Below, in pieces: positions 10,501-21,212 of a DNA stretch of 64,000 nucleotides. The notes beneath the pieces are model-generated. The model was not told the DNA's origin, searched no databases, and worked only from the letters and a program-made list of their open reading frames with translations. The position numbers were made by a program, and so were the translations under genes. The stretch's first letter is position 1, and each line of letters begins with the position of its first letter. Location: the NCBI GenBank assembly GCA_963739455.1, contig CAVUAK010000001.1:576001-640000 (forward strand), read 5' to 3'. The stretch is from an uncultured Gemmatimonadales bacterium. GTDB taxonomy: Bacteria; Gemmatimonadota; Gemmatimonadetes; Gemmatimonadales; GWC2-71-9.

Positions 10501-11242
10501 CGCGCGCCTCCCGGAGTTCCCGCATGCGTCCCAGTCCATAGCGAGTCGTCACCAGGCCCAGGTACAGGATCGTGAACGCTGACAGCGAGAAGAGCAGCGT
10601 GGCGACGAAGGCGCCCGGCATCGTCGGCCCCTCGGGGTTGAGCACCACCGGGCGTGGGTGGATGGTGCGGAACATGTAGACGCTGAGGTGAATGAACGGC
10701 ACCAGCATCGCACCCAGGATGCCCACCACGGCGCTGTACCGGGCTCGCTCCGCGGGATCGAACATCGCGCGCCGCAAGGTCAGGTAGCCTACGAAGAGAA
10801 AGAACAGGAAGAGCGTCGACGTGAGGCGCGGTTCCCACTGCCACCAGGTGCCCCAGATCGGCTTGCCCCAGATCGGGCCGGTGATCAGCACCAGTCCCGT
10901 GAGCACAATGCCCACCTCGGCCGAGGCCTCGGAAAAGGTGTCGAGCCTGCGATCGCCCAGCCAGAGATAAAGTCCGCTGCAGATGCCCACGAGACCGAAT
11001 GCCAGGAACGCGCACCAGGCCGAGGGGACATGCACGTACATGATCTTCTGCGCCGGGCCCTGCACTGCCTCGACCCCGGTGAAGGCGACCGCGCGCACGT
11101 ACGCGGCGGCAACACCGAGCAGGCCGATGACCGTGAGCACGCGACCGATGCGCACGGCACGGCCGGCCGCAGCGCGCGCGTCGCTACTCGTCGAAGAGAG
11201 CGGGGAAGACAAGTAGGCTGAGGGTGACGAAGGTGATGTCAT
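10484..11242 (-). CDS. ccmC: heme exporter / cytochrome c maturation protein CcmC
   Basis: YVHVPSAW and tryptophan-rich WGKPIWGTWWQWEPRLTS motif, RTIHP. Confidence 0.9.
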   Translation of the reverse strand: MTSPSSPSAYLSSPLSSTSSDARAAAGRAVRIGRVLTVIGLLGVAAAYVRAVAFTGVEAVQGPAQKIMYVHVPSAWCAFLAFGLVGICSGLYLWLGDRRLDTFSEASAEVGIVLTGLVLITGPIWGKPIWGTWWQWEPRLTSTLFLFFLFVGYLTLRRAMFDPAERARYSAVVGILGAMLVPFIHLSVYMFRTIHPRPVVLNPEGPTMPGAFVATLLFSLSAFTILYLGLVTTRYGLGRMRELREARDVAAA

Positions 11243-11876
11243 AGACCAGGAGAAGACGGAGCCAGCCGGCGCTCTCGAGAAGTGGACGCCCGTTGAGCAG
11301 CGCCGCAGTGACCTGTGCTGCCCCGGCGAGCGGCGGCAGCATGAATGGGAGCAGCAGCACTGGCAGCATCAGTTCGTTGAACCGCACCCGCGCCGTAAGT
11401 GCACTGAACACGGTGCCCACGGCCACGAACCCCACCGTCGCCAGCAGCGCCACCAGCGTGATACCCGGCAACGCTCCCTTCAGGCTCACATTGAAGAATA
11501 GCACGAAAAGCGGCAGGGCGATGCTCTCGACGACAAGCACGAAAACAAGGTTCCCGAGGAACTTTCCCAGGAACAATGCCTCGCGCGGCACCGGCGCGAG
11601 CAGCAGGCCGTCGAGCGCCCCGTGCTCCAGCTCCACGGCGAAGGCGCGCGACAGCGCCGTCACCGCGGCGAAGGCGCAGGTGATCCAGAAGGCGCTCGGC
11701 GCGAGCTGCTCCGCGCGAAGGGACGTCGGGTCGCGCGCGAAGTTGAAGATCACCAGGATGAGGGCTGCGAACACGACCGCCGACACCAGCGCCGTGCGGC
11801 GGCGCAGCTCCGAGCGCAGGTCCTTCCCCGCGATGATGAGCGCGGCCGTGAGCGTGCCGGGGAGCGACGACTTCAT
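11184..11876 (-). CDS. ccmB: heme exporter permease CcmB
   Basis: KDLRSELR, ELEHGALDGLLLAP, LFLGK, LLLPFMLP. Confidence 0.9.
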   Translation of the reverse strand: MKSSLPGTLTAALIIAGKDLRSELRRRTALVSAVVFAALILVIFNFARDPTSLRAEQLAPSAFWITCAFAAVTALSRAFAVELEHGALDGLLLAPVPREALFLGKFLGNLVFVLVVESIALPLFVLFFNVSLKGALPGITLVALLATVGFVAVGTVFSALTARVRFNELMLPVLLLPFMLPPLAGAAQVTAALLNGRPLLESAGWLRLLLVYDITFVTLSLLVFPALFDE

Positions 11877-12568
11877 GCGGCCACGCTCCCGATGGTGCCG
11901 GCCTGGAGCGCGAGCACCCGCGACGCGATGTCGCGAGCCTCATGCATCTGGTGGGTGACGATGATGGTGCCAAGGCCGGCAGGGCGGCGCGCCGCGAGGA
12001 GCGACATGAGCCGGCCCGCCGCAGCGCTGTCGAGGCCGGTGAATGGCTCGTCCAGCAGGAGCAGTCTGGGCGCGTGCAGCAGTGCGCGCGCCAGCGCCGC
12101 TCGCTGGATCAGCCCGCGGCTGAGCGTGCGTGGTGAGTCACCCGCGCGGGCGAGCAGCTCCACCTGGTCGAGCGCGTCGCGCGCCGCCTCGCGCGCATTC
12201 ACCAGGCCATGCAGCCGCGCCACGAACTCGAGGTTCTCCTGCAATGTGAGGTCATCGTACAGCATGGCGCGATGCGACAGGAGCCCGATAGCCGCGCGGC
12301 TTCGGGGATCGGCGGTCCGCACCGGCAGGCCATCGAGCAGCACCTCTCCCGCCGATGGCCGCAGAAGTCCCGCAAGAATCCGCAGCAGTGTCGTCTTCCC
12401 GACACCGTTCGGCCCGATCACGGCGATCGTCTCGCCTTCCGCAAGCGCGAGGCTCACGCCATTGAGCACCAGGCGCTCGCCAAAGCTGCGCCGCAGCCCG
12501 GTGGCCTGCAGCAGGATCGGCGAATCGCCTGGGATGGTTGCTTGACTCACGGCCGGGAGACTAACCAC
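11873..12568 (-). CDS. ccmA: heme exporter ATP-binding protein CcmA
   Basis: Walker A GPNGVGKTT, LSRG signature, LLLDEPFTGLD; immediately upstream of ccmB. Confidence 0.88.
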   Translation of the reverse strand: MVSLPAVSQATIPGDSPILLQATGLRRSFGERLVLNGVSLALAEGETIAVIGPNGVGKTTLLRILAGLLRPSAGEVLLDGLPVRTADPRSRAAIGLLSHRAMLYDDLTLQENLEFVARLHGLVNAREAARDALDQVELLARAGDSPRTLSRGLIQRAALARALLHAPRLLLLDEPFTGLDSAAAGRLMSLLAARRPAGLGTIIVTHQMHEARDIASRVLALQAGTIGSVAA

Positions 12569-12586
12569 TCACCTTCAACCCGTCTA

Positions 12587-12650
12587 CTTCACGTCCTCAC
12601 GTCCTCACTTCCTCACGTCCTCACGTCATCTCCTCACGTCCTCACGTCCT
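12587..12650. repeat. tandem 8-bp repeat (CCTCACGT)n, about 7 imperfect copies
   Basis: cttcacgt cctcacgt cctcactt cctcacgt cctcacgt catct cctcacgt cctcacgt cct. Confidence 0.85.
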
Positions 12651-12705
12651 GAAAAGACAACAGGCCGGAGCGGGGCGTTGCCAGACCTCGATCCGACCTG
12701 CTGTC

Positions 12706-12740
12706 AAAGACGGCGCAGCTTGCGCTGCGACGCCGTTTTT
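12706..12740 (-). terminator. hairpin after the STAS gene
   Basis: Minus strand: acggcg-tc-gcagc GCAA gctgc-gccgt followed by cttt. Confidence 0.45.
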
Positions 12741-13054
12741 CAGACCCCTGCGGGTTCGAACTCGAAGAGCATGTTGAGCTTCGTGATGTTGAGCAGGAAG
12801 CGGAGCTCGTCACTTGGATTCTCCAGCACGACGGCATGCCGTCGTTCCGCAGCCCGGCGCTGCACCAGCATGAGGGCCCCAAGGCCCGCCGAGTCTACGT
12901 GTCCAGTGGCAGCGAGATCGACGATGAGCCGGCCTTCACCTTCAGGCATCGACTCGAGGAGCTCGAAAGCCCCAGTGCGGAATGCGACTCGTGTGTCGAG
13001 ACCCAGGGTCTCGGGCGCAGCCAGTTCTCGTACATACTGAGGTGTGGATCGCAT
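12740..13054 (-). CDS. STAS domain anti-sigma factor antagonist
   Basis: LIVDLAATGHVDSAGLGAL motif containing the phosphorylatable Ser; 104 aa. Confidence 0.85.
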   Translation of the reverse strand: MRSTPQYVRELAAPETLGLDTRVAFRTGAFELLESMPEGEGRLIVDLAATGHVDSAGLGALMLVQRRAAERRHAVVLENPSDELRFLLNITKLNMLFEFEPAGV

Positions 13055-13257
13055 GATTCTGCTCCCACACCCGATAAGGAAACCCGCGGTTGCCCGCAGC
13101 ATTTCTCCACCTTCGGCACCGAGCTATCTCGCGAACCGCGGATGTGCGGTTACTGTCGAGACCTCTAGTTTTGCGGCCCCGGATCACTCCGGGTGTGCTC
13201 TTATCGGGCGGATCAGGTTCTGTTGTCAGGACGTCGCCGCGTCCCGGCCCATGACAT

Positions 13258-13273
13258 AGCGAGACTGATGCCA
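13258..13273 (-). promoter_or_regulatory. candidate sigma54 -24/-12 promoter facing the STAS gene
   Basis: Minus strand TGGCATCAGTCTCGCT (GG-N10-GC). Confidence 0.4.
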
Positions 13274-13434
13274 CGTTCGGCAGGTGCCTATATTCACACG
13301 ACTTGGCTCATTGGCACGGTGACGGCGCACCGAGTTTCGCGGATTTCCCCGGCAGTCCGCCAAGCAACGACCTGCACCCACCGCATGCGGAAACTTGCAC
13401 GTTCGCGTTTCTACCCTCTCCAGAGACGCCATTC

Positions 13435-15390
<1,956 letters not shown>

Positions 15391-15391
15391 T

Positions 15392-17359
15392 TCAGAACTG
15401 GATCTGGGCGCCGAGTTCCACCACCCGGTTGGGCGGCAGCTGGAAGAACGCGGTGGCCGGCTGGGCGTTCCTCGCCATGAGGGCAAAGAGTTTCTTCCGC
15501 CAGCGCGGCATGCCAGGCAGTCCGCCAATCCCCTCGCCCGAGGAAGATGCCCCCCGCGGGGCCGGGGCACCGGGCTTCGCCTTCGACTTGGGCATGACAA
15601 TGAGCGTTTCACGGCCGAGATAAAAACTGGTGTCAGCGGTGCGGAAGGTGGCGGTGTCCTTCCCTTCACTGCGCAATTCATCCGACAACTGCAGCAATGC
15701 CAGCGGCACGTCCGGCGTCTCCATGAAGCCGTAATGTGCCTTGACCAGGTAGAAGCCCTCCCCCAGCGATTCGCTCTCGATCCGCTCCGTCGCGGGCACC
15801 AGTGGTATGTCCGTGGTGGCCACCGACATGATCACCACGCGCTCATGCAGCACCTTGTTGTGCTTGAGGTGATGCAGCAGGACGGGCGGCGCACCCGACG
15901 CCTCGGAGGTGAGGAAGACCGCCGTGCCCGGAACGCGGGGCGGCTTCCGCCGCGCGATGTCGGGCAGGAAGAGGTCGAACGGGAGCGTGTTCTCGCGGAC
16001 AATTGCCCAGAGACGGCGCCGGCCCACACTCCACGTTGTCATGAACAGGTAGATGACCGCCGCGACGACCAGCGGGATCCATCCCCCGCTCTCGATCTTC
16101 ACCAGGTTCGCCCCGAAGAACCCGAGGTCCACCACCAGGAACAAGGCAGCCAGGCCCCCCGATACCGCCCACGGCCAGTGCCATCGCTCGCGTGTCACGG
16201 TGTGGAAGAGGAGCGTGGTGATGATCATGGTGCCGGTCACGGCAATGCCGTAGGCCGACGCGAGGGCGGTGGAACTCTTCATCCCCAGCACCAGCGCGAT
16301 GCACCCGACACAGAGCAGCGCGTTCACCTGGGGGATGTAGATCTGCCCCGATTCCTTGGCCGAGGTGTGCTGGATCGTCACCCGCGGCGAATAGCCCAGC
16401 TGCACCGCCTGCTGGGTGAGGGAGAACGCCCCCGAGATCAACGCCTGCGAGGCAACGACAGCCGCAGCCGTCGCGATGGCGACCATGGGATACAGGGCCC
16501 AGGACGGCACCAGCGCATAGAAGGGATTGCGCAGCGCCTCCGGGTGATGCAGCAGCCACGCCGACTGCCCGAAATAGTTGAGCAACAGTGCCGGCAGTGC
16601 CACGGCGAACCATGCCAGGCGGATCGGCTGGCGCCCGAAATGCCCCATGTCGGCGTACAGCGCCTCACCGCCCGTCACCACCAGCACGACGGAGCCGAGG
16701 ATGAGGAAGCCGGTGAGCCCGTCATCGAGGAAGAAGCGAACGGCGTGAACGGGATTGACCGCGCCGAGCACCGAGGGATCGGCCGAGAGACCGCGAATGC
16801 CGAGCAACGCAATGCAGACGAACCAGAGGACCATCACGGGGCCGAATACCGCGCCCACGCGCGCGGTGCCCGTGCGCTGTACGAGGAAAAGCACCAGCAG
16901 GATCGCCGCTGACAAGTACGGTACGATGGTAGTGCCGACGGGCAGGCCCTCCACCGCGCCGAGCACGGAAATGGCGGGCGTGATGATGCCGTCGCCGTAC
17001 AGCAGCGCCGCGCCGAACAGCCCGGCGCCGACGAGTACGGTGCGCCTGCGCGAGCTGATCTTGCCATGAGGGCGCACCAGCGCGAGCAGCGCCAGGATGC
17101 CGCCCTCGCCGCGATTGTCAGCCCGGAGTACGAACGTGATGTACTTGAAGGAGACCACGAAGTTCATCGCCCAGAACACCAGCGACATGACGCCCATGAC
17201 GTTTTCGCGCGTGGGCGCCAGCCCGTGCTCCGGGTTGAAACACTCCTTCAGGGCGTACAGGGGGCTGGTCCCGATGTCGCCGTAGACAACGCCGAGCGCC
17301 GCGAGGGCCAGGAACGCCAGGTCGCGATGGGTGCGACCGGCGTGAGCGTCGTGTGTCAC
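15392..17359 (-). CDS. kup: KUP/HAK/KT potassium uptake protein
   Basis: GVVYGDIGTSPLYA, ADNRGEGG, GDGIITPAISV, EALYADMGHFG. Confidence 0.95.
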   Translation of the reverse strand: MTHDAHAGRTHRDLAFLALAALGVVYGDIGTSPLYALKECFNPEHGLAPTRENVMGVMSLVFWAMNFVVSFKYITFVLRADNRGEGGILALLALVRPHGKISSRRRTVLVGAGLFGAALLYGDGIITPAISVLGAVEGLPVGTTIVPYLSAAILLVLFLVQRTGTARVGAVFGPVMVLWFVCIALLGIRGLSADPSVLGAVNPVHAVRFFLDDGLTGFLILGSVVLVVTGGEALYADMGHFGRQPIRLAWFAVALPALLLNYFGQSAWLLHHPEALRNPFYALVPSWALYPMVAIATAAAVVASQALISGAFSLTQQAVQLGYSPRVTIQHTSAKESGQIYIPQVNALLCVGCIALVLGMKSSTALASAYGIAVTGTMIITTLLFHTVTRERWHWPWAVSGGLAALFLVVDLGFFGANLVKIESGGWIPLVVAAVIYLFMTTWSVGRRRLWAIVRENTLPFDLFLPDIARRKPPRVPGTAVFLTSEASGAPPVLLHHLKHNKVLHERVVIMSVATTDIPLVPATERIESESLGEGFYLVKAHYGFMETPDVPLALLQLSDELRSEGKDTATFRTADTSFYLGRETLIVMPKSKAKPGAPAPRGASSSGEGIGGLPGMPRWRKKLFALMARNAQPATAFFQLPPNRVVELGAQIQF

Positions 17360-17384
17360 GAAAGGATGCTGACCCGGCCTCGGC

Positions 17385-18080
17385 TCACTGAGTGGGCGCG
17401 GGCGCGACCGGGGCGATCGAATCCACGATGTGCTTGAGCGCGTCGTACGGGAGGTTGCCGCTGACCCGGCGACCACCAATCACGAAGGTCGGCGTCGAGG
17501 GCACGCCCAGCTTCGTCCCCTCGTCCAGGCTGGCCTGGATGCGTCCCGCGTACTTCGCGCTCTGCATGCACGCATCGTACTGCGCCATGTCGATCCCGAG
17601 TGGCTTGGCCAGGTTCCGCAGCTGGCTCACCGCATCCGACTTGAAGGCCCAGTCATTCTGCGCCTCGTAGATGAAGCGATGCATCTCCCAGTACTTGCCC
17701 TGGTCGTTCGCGCATGCCGCCGCGTGCGCGGCGAGGCGCGCCTGGGGATGGAGGTTGTCGAGCGGGAAGTCCCGGTAGCGCCACCGTACCCGCCCGGTGG
17801 CGATGAGCCGCTCACGGACCGACGGGAACTGTACCGCGTCGAATCCCCCGCAGGCAGGACACTGGTAGTCCGCGTACACCACGACCTCGACCGGCGCGTC
17901 GGCACTCCCGAGGATGTACCCGGCGAACCCCGAAGTATCGCTTGCGACCACGACCGGATTGACCGGGATGCTTACGGCCTTGCGCTGCGACATGTACACC
18001 ATCGCACCAACGCCGATCGCCGCCACCACGGCGAGCACGACATAAAACCGCTTCAATCCGCTGGGCGCGGGCGCCGCCAT
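17385..18080 (-). CDS. DsbA family thiol-disulfide oxidoreductase
   Basis: N-terminal TM, GSADAPV, DYQCPAC, RDFPL, GVPSTPTF. Confidence 0.9.
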   Translation of the reverse strand: MAAPAPSGLKRFYVVLAVVAAIGVGAMVYMSQRKAVSIPVNPVVVASDTSGFAGYILGSADAPVEVVVYADYQCPACGGFDAVQFPSVRERLIATGRVRWRYRDFPLDNLHPQARLAAHAAACANDQGKYWEMHRFIYEAQNDWAFKSDAVSQLRNLAKPLGIDMAQYDACMQSAKYAGRIQASLDEGTKLGVPSTPTFVIGGRRVSGNLPYDALKHIVDSIAPVAPAPTQ

Positions 18081-18358
18081 GGCTCTTCATCCTCCGGGTC
18101 TTCAAGGGTAAAGGGACTGCTCAACGCATCCTCAACGAGCCGCCGGTGCTCGGCGATCTCGGGGGTATCATAGGTGCTGCGCACCTCGTAGTGAAACAGC
18201 TCGCTTCGCGCCTCGCCCAGGAGCCGCTGCAACTCGGCGCTGGACTCCAGCAAGGTGTCGCGGCGGTTCAGTTCATGGATGAGGTCCGCGAGACGGCGCA
18301 AGAGCGCCTTCAGTCGCTCGGCGCGCGCGTCGTCGTAGAGCTCTTCATGTTCAGCCAT
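18053..18358 (-). CDS. hypothetical protein
   Basis: 101-aa helical ORF overlapping the DsbA start on the same strand. Confidence 0.6.
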   Translation of the reverse strand: MAEHEELYDDARAERLKALLRRLADLIHELNRRDTLLESSAELQRLLGEARSELFHYEVRSTYDTPEIAEHRRLVEDALSSPFTLEDPEDEEPWRRPRPAD

Positions 18359-18572
18359 GGACTGCCCTCATCCGGCGCGTGACGCGTCCTCTCAGGTGTA
18401 CGATGGGGAAATCTATATCGCCAGCGCGCAGGGCGGGAAAAAGCGCCCTAAGTCACACAACCGCAGCAGTCTGTGACCCTCCGACCGCCGTTGAGCACGG
18501 GGTTTGCACCAAATGGTGCTATCCGGTTATAGTTACCGGCGCAAAGTACATGGCCCAGACATAGGGGAAGGG

Positions 18573-18842
18573 ATGTCCAAGCAGAAGAAGACCCGTAGTA
18601 CTCCGGCAGTGGCTTCCACGCAGGACCAGGCCCGTGACGAGTTGTTCAGTCACATCCTGCGCTGCGGCGTCATCGAGGCGCTCCCGGAACACCAGAAAGA
18701 GTGGATGGACGACACCATGCAGTACCTGGCGGAACGGTACGACGATCTTTCCGACGCGGAGCTGGCCCAGCTTCGTGAACTCGGCGAGCGGTACTGCCAG
18801 CCGGTACGACGCAAGGAGACGGCGGGTTCAGGCGCCGCCTGA
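18573..18842 (+). CDS. hypothetical protein
   Basis: Purine-rich RBS, MSKQKK...ARDELFSHILRCGV; followed by a hairpin. Confidence 0.65.
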   Translation: MSKQKKTRSTPAVASTQDQARDELFSHILRCGVIEALPEHQKEWMDDTMQYLAERYDDLSDAELAQLRELGERYCQPVRRKETAGSGAA

Positions 18843-18869
18843 CACCCGGTTGTTCCTGAAGGGCGATGC

Positions 18870-18896
18870 GCGCCCCGGCGGAATCCGCCGGGGCGC
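18870..18896. terminator. GC-rich hairpin between convergent genes
   Basis: gcgccccggcgg-aat-ccgccggggcgc, a perfect 12-bp stem. Confidence 0.6.
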
Positions 18897-18908
18897 TCAT
18901 GTTTTCCG

Positions 18909-19313
18909 TCAACCGAGGTCGAGTTCGTAGCTGACGGGAATGTCCGGCGCGAGCGAGTGGACCACCGAGCAGTACTTCTCCAGCGACAGGTCGATGGCGC
19001 GCCGCACCTTGGGCTCGCTCAGAGACTCGCCCCGCACACGGAACTTGAGCCGGATCGCAACGTAGCGGCGCGGCGACTCGTCGCGCCGATCGCCCCAGGC
19101 CTCGACGTCGAGGCTGGTGAGCTTCTCCCGCATCTTCGACATGATGTCCACGACATCAGCGCCGGTGCACGACGTCGCAGCAAGCAGCAAGGTCAGCATC
19201 GGCCCCGGCGCCGTGACGTTGTCGCCGTCCACATGCGAGACCGGCCCGCCCGGTTCACCGCCCTCGAACCGAAGATCGCCGGTCCACGCCAGCGTGATGT
19301 GCTTGGTTTCCAT
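18909..19313 (-). CDS. OsmC family protein
   Basis: PMLTLLLAATSCTGADV and LSLEKYCSV two-Cys pattern. Confidence 0.85.
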   Translation of the reverse strand: METKHITLAWTGDLRFEGGEPGGPVSHVDGDNVTAPGPMLTLLLAATSCTGADVVDIMSKMREKLTSLDVEAWGDRRDESPRRYVAIRLKFRVRGESLSEPKVRRAIDLSLEKYCSVVHSLAPDIPVSYELDLG

Positions 19314-19336
19314 CAGGACCTCCCCGTCATGTACAC

Positions 19337-19885
19337 CTACCCCAAACGACGTTGCAGCCGACGTGCATTGTAATAGTCCCAGATGGCGTAGAGGCCGACC
19401 GCCGTGGTGGCCCATGCCATCGGCCGCAGGTATGCCGGCGCCACCAGGAAGGCGAGCAACGTCAGCAGCTGGCCCAGCGTCACCGCCTTGCCTCCCAGCC
19501 GGGCGGGAATCGAGGACGCGCGACCCAGCCCCGCGGTAATGAAGAATGCGACGGACGCCGCGATGTCCCGCAGCAGTACCCCCACCACCTCCCACCACTG
19601 CAGCATCCCGGAGACTCCCACTACGGCGAAGGCGCACGCCATGAACAGCCGGTCCGCCACGGGATCGACGAACGCGCCGAGACGCGAGGGCCCGAGGCGA
19701 CGCGCCAGCATACCATCGAGGAAATCGGTGATGCCGGCGAGCAACAGGACGGCGAGGCGGGCCCGCGGCGAGGAGAACAGCACGAACGCCAGCGCGAGTG
19801 GGATCCGCAGCGCCGAGCAGAAGTCGGCTATGCCCCAGTGCGGCCGTGCTTGCTCGCCCTCAGGGGCCGGACTAGCTTCGGTCAC
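19337..19885 (-). CDS. CDP-alcohol phosphatidyltransferase family protein (start approximate)
   Basis: TDFLDGMLARR...SRLGAFVDPVADR signature. Confidence 0.85.
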   Translation of the reverse strand: MTEASPAPEGEQARPHWGIADFCSALRIPLALAFVLFSSPRARLAVLLLAGITDFLDGMLARRLGPSRLGAFVDPVADRLFMACAFAVVGVSGMLQWWEVVGVLLRDIAASVAFFITAGLGRASSIPARLGGKAVTLGQLLTLLAFLVAPAYLRPMAWATTAVGLYAIWDYYNARRLQRRLG

Positions 19886-19914
19886 CTTCGCCACCCAAGG
19901 CCTCCCGGCGTGCC

Positions 19915-20373
19915 ATGAACCATTCGCTGCTGCGGAACACCGCCCTCTTTGCCGACCTCGACGACGCGCAACTGGGGCGGGTGGCCGACATCTGCCTCGA
20001 GCAAACATACCGCTCCGGCGAGACGATTTTCCGCGAGGGCGAGCCCGGTAATCGCCTCTACATCATCGTGTCGGGCAGTGTGCGCATCAGCCGCGACATC
20101 CCGAACGCCGGCGAAGAGGCGCTGGCGGTGCTCAAGTCCGGTACCTGCTTCGGCGAGATGAGCGTGCTCGACCGCTCGGAGCGCTCGACCGATGCCTTCG
20201 CGGCCGACGATTGCGTGCTTGCAACCATCACGCGCCCCGACCTGGAACTGCTGCTCGAGTTCGACAAGGAACTCGCCTACGTCGTGCTGCGCTCATTTGT
20301 GCGCATGCTGTCGGCAAGGCTGCGCGCCACCAACGACAGCCTTCGCACCTTTCTCGCCATGTCAATGTTCTGA
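19915..20373 (+). CDS. stand-alone cyclic nucleotide-binding domain protein
   Basis: IFREGEPG..LYIIVSGSV, FGEMS..RS; no HTH domain. Confidence 0.85.
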   Translation: MNHSLLRNTALFADLDDAQLGRVADICLEQTYRSGETIFREGEPGNRLYIIVSGSVRISRDIPNAGEEALAVLKSGTCFGEMSVLDRSERSTDAFAADDCVLATITRPDLELLLEFDKELAYVVLRSFVRMLSARLRATNDSLRTFLAMSMF

Positions 20374-21152
20374 TGACACTCGATACCGCGGTCATTCCGT
20401 GTGGCGGTCTCGGCCGCCGGCTCCGACCGATCACGAACTGGGTGCCGAAGGAGATGCTCCCGGTCGGACTCAAGCCCGCTCTCTATTGGGCGCTCGACGA
20501 GGCCGCCTCCGCCGGCCTGCTGCGCGTCATTCTCGTGGTGACCCCGCACAAGCCGGTCATCGAGGCCGCGGCGCGGCAATATCAGGGGCCACTCGAACTC
20601 GAGTTCGTGCCGCAGACCGCCTTTCGCGGCCTGGGAGACGCGATCCTGTCCGCCCGCGATGCGCTCGCGGGGTCGCCGTTCCTGCTGCTGCAGCCGGACC
20701 AGCTGTTCGACGGGCCGAATCCCACCACGGCGGTGCTGGCGGCGCACCGCGTATCGCGCCGCACAACCGTGGCCCTCGTGGAAATCGGCAAGCCGGAATC
20801 GGCGCGCACCGGTGCCCTGGGTCGCGCGATGACCCGCGCCGGCGACGGCGGGCGGATTCAGGTCGCATCGCTCGATGCCCGGGGTTCGAGTCTCGGCCGG
20901 TTCAGCGTGGAAGGAGAGCCCGTGCTCGCGCCGACCGGGCGCGTTGCATACACCAGCGATGTCTTCAGCGACTTCGACGCTGTCGCGGCGTCGGTGCCAC
21001 CGGGCGCCGAGATCGACGATCGGCCCGTGCTGCAGCGCATCGCCGCGCGGGGAGTGCTCGAAGGAGTGACGGTGCCGGCCAAGCTGTTCGACCTGGGCGT
21101 GCCGGAAGGATATCGTGACGCGGTGAGCCGGTGGCCGGCCCGGGTTACCTAG
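20373..21152 (+). CDS. sugar-phosphate nucleotidyltransferase (GalU-like)
   Basis: AVIPCGGLGRRLRPIT..PKEMLPV, GLGDAI, DLG. Confidence 0.8.
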   Translation: MTLDTAVIPCGGLGRRLRPITNWVPKEMLPVGLKPALYWALDEAASAGLLRVILVVTPHKPVIEAAARQYQGPLELEFVPQTAFRGLGDAILSARDALAGSPFLLLQPDQLFDGPNPTTAVLAAHRVSRRTTVALVEIGKPESARTGALGRAMTRAGDGGRIQVASLDARGSSLGRFSVEGEPVLAPTGRVAYTSDVFSDFDAVAASVPPGAEIDDRPVLQRIAARGVLEGVTVPAKLFDLGVPEGYRDAVSRWPARVT

Positions 21153-21212
21153 AAAGGGCCGGTGACGCGGTTGTGGACCGCGGACTCGAGGTGATTGCGC
21201 GACGGCTGGGTG

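Noticed and set aside
12587..12650. Repeats as a possible CRISPR array
   Set aside because: Units are 7-8 bp with no unique spacers, and there are no cas genes.
18492..18508. sigma54-like site TGAGCACGGGGTTTGCA
   Set aside because: Lacks the invariant GG at -24.
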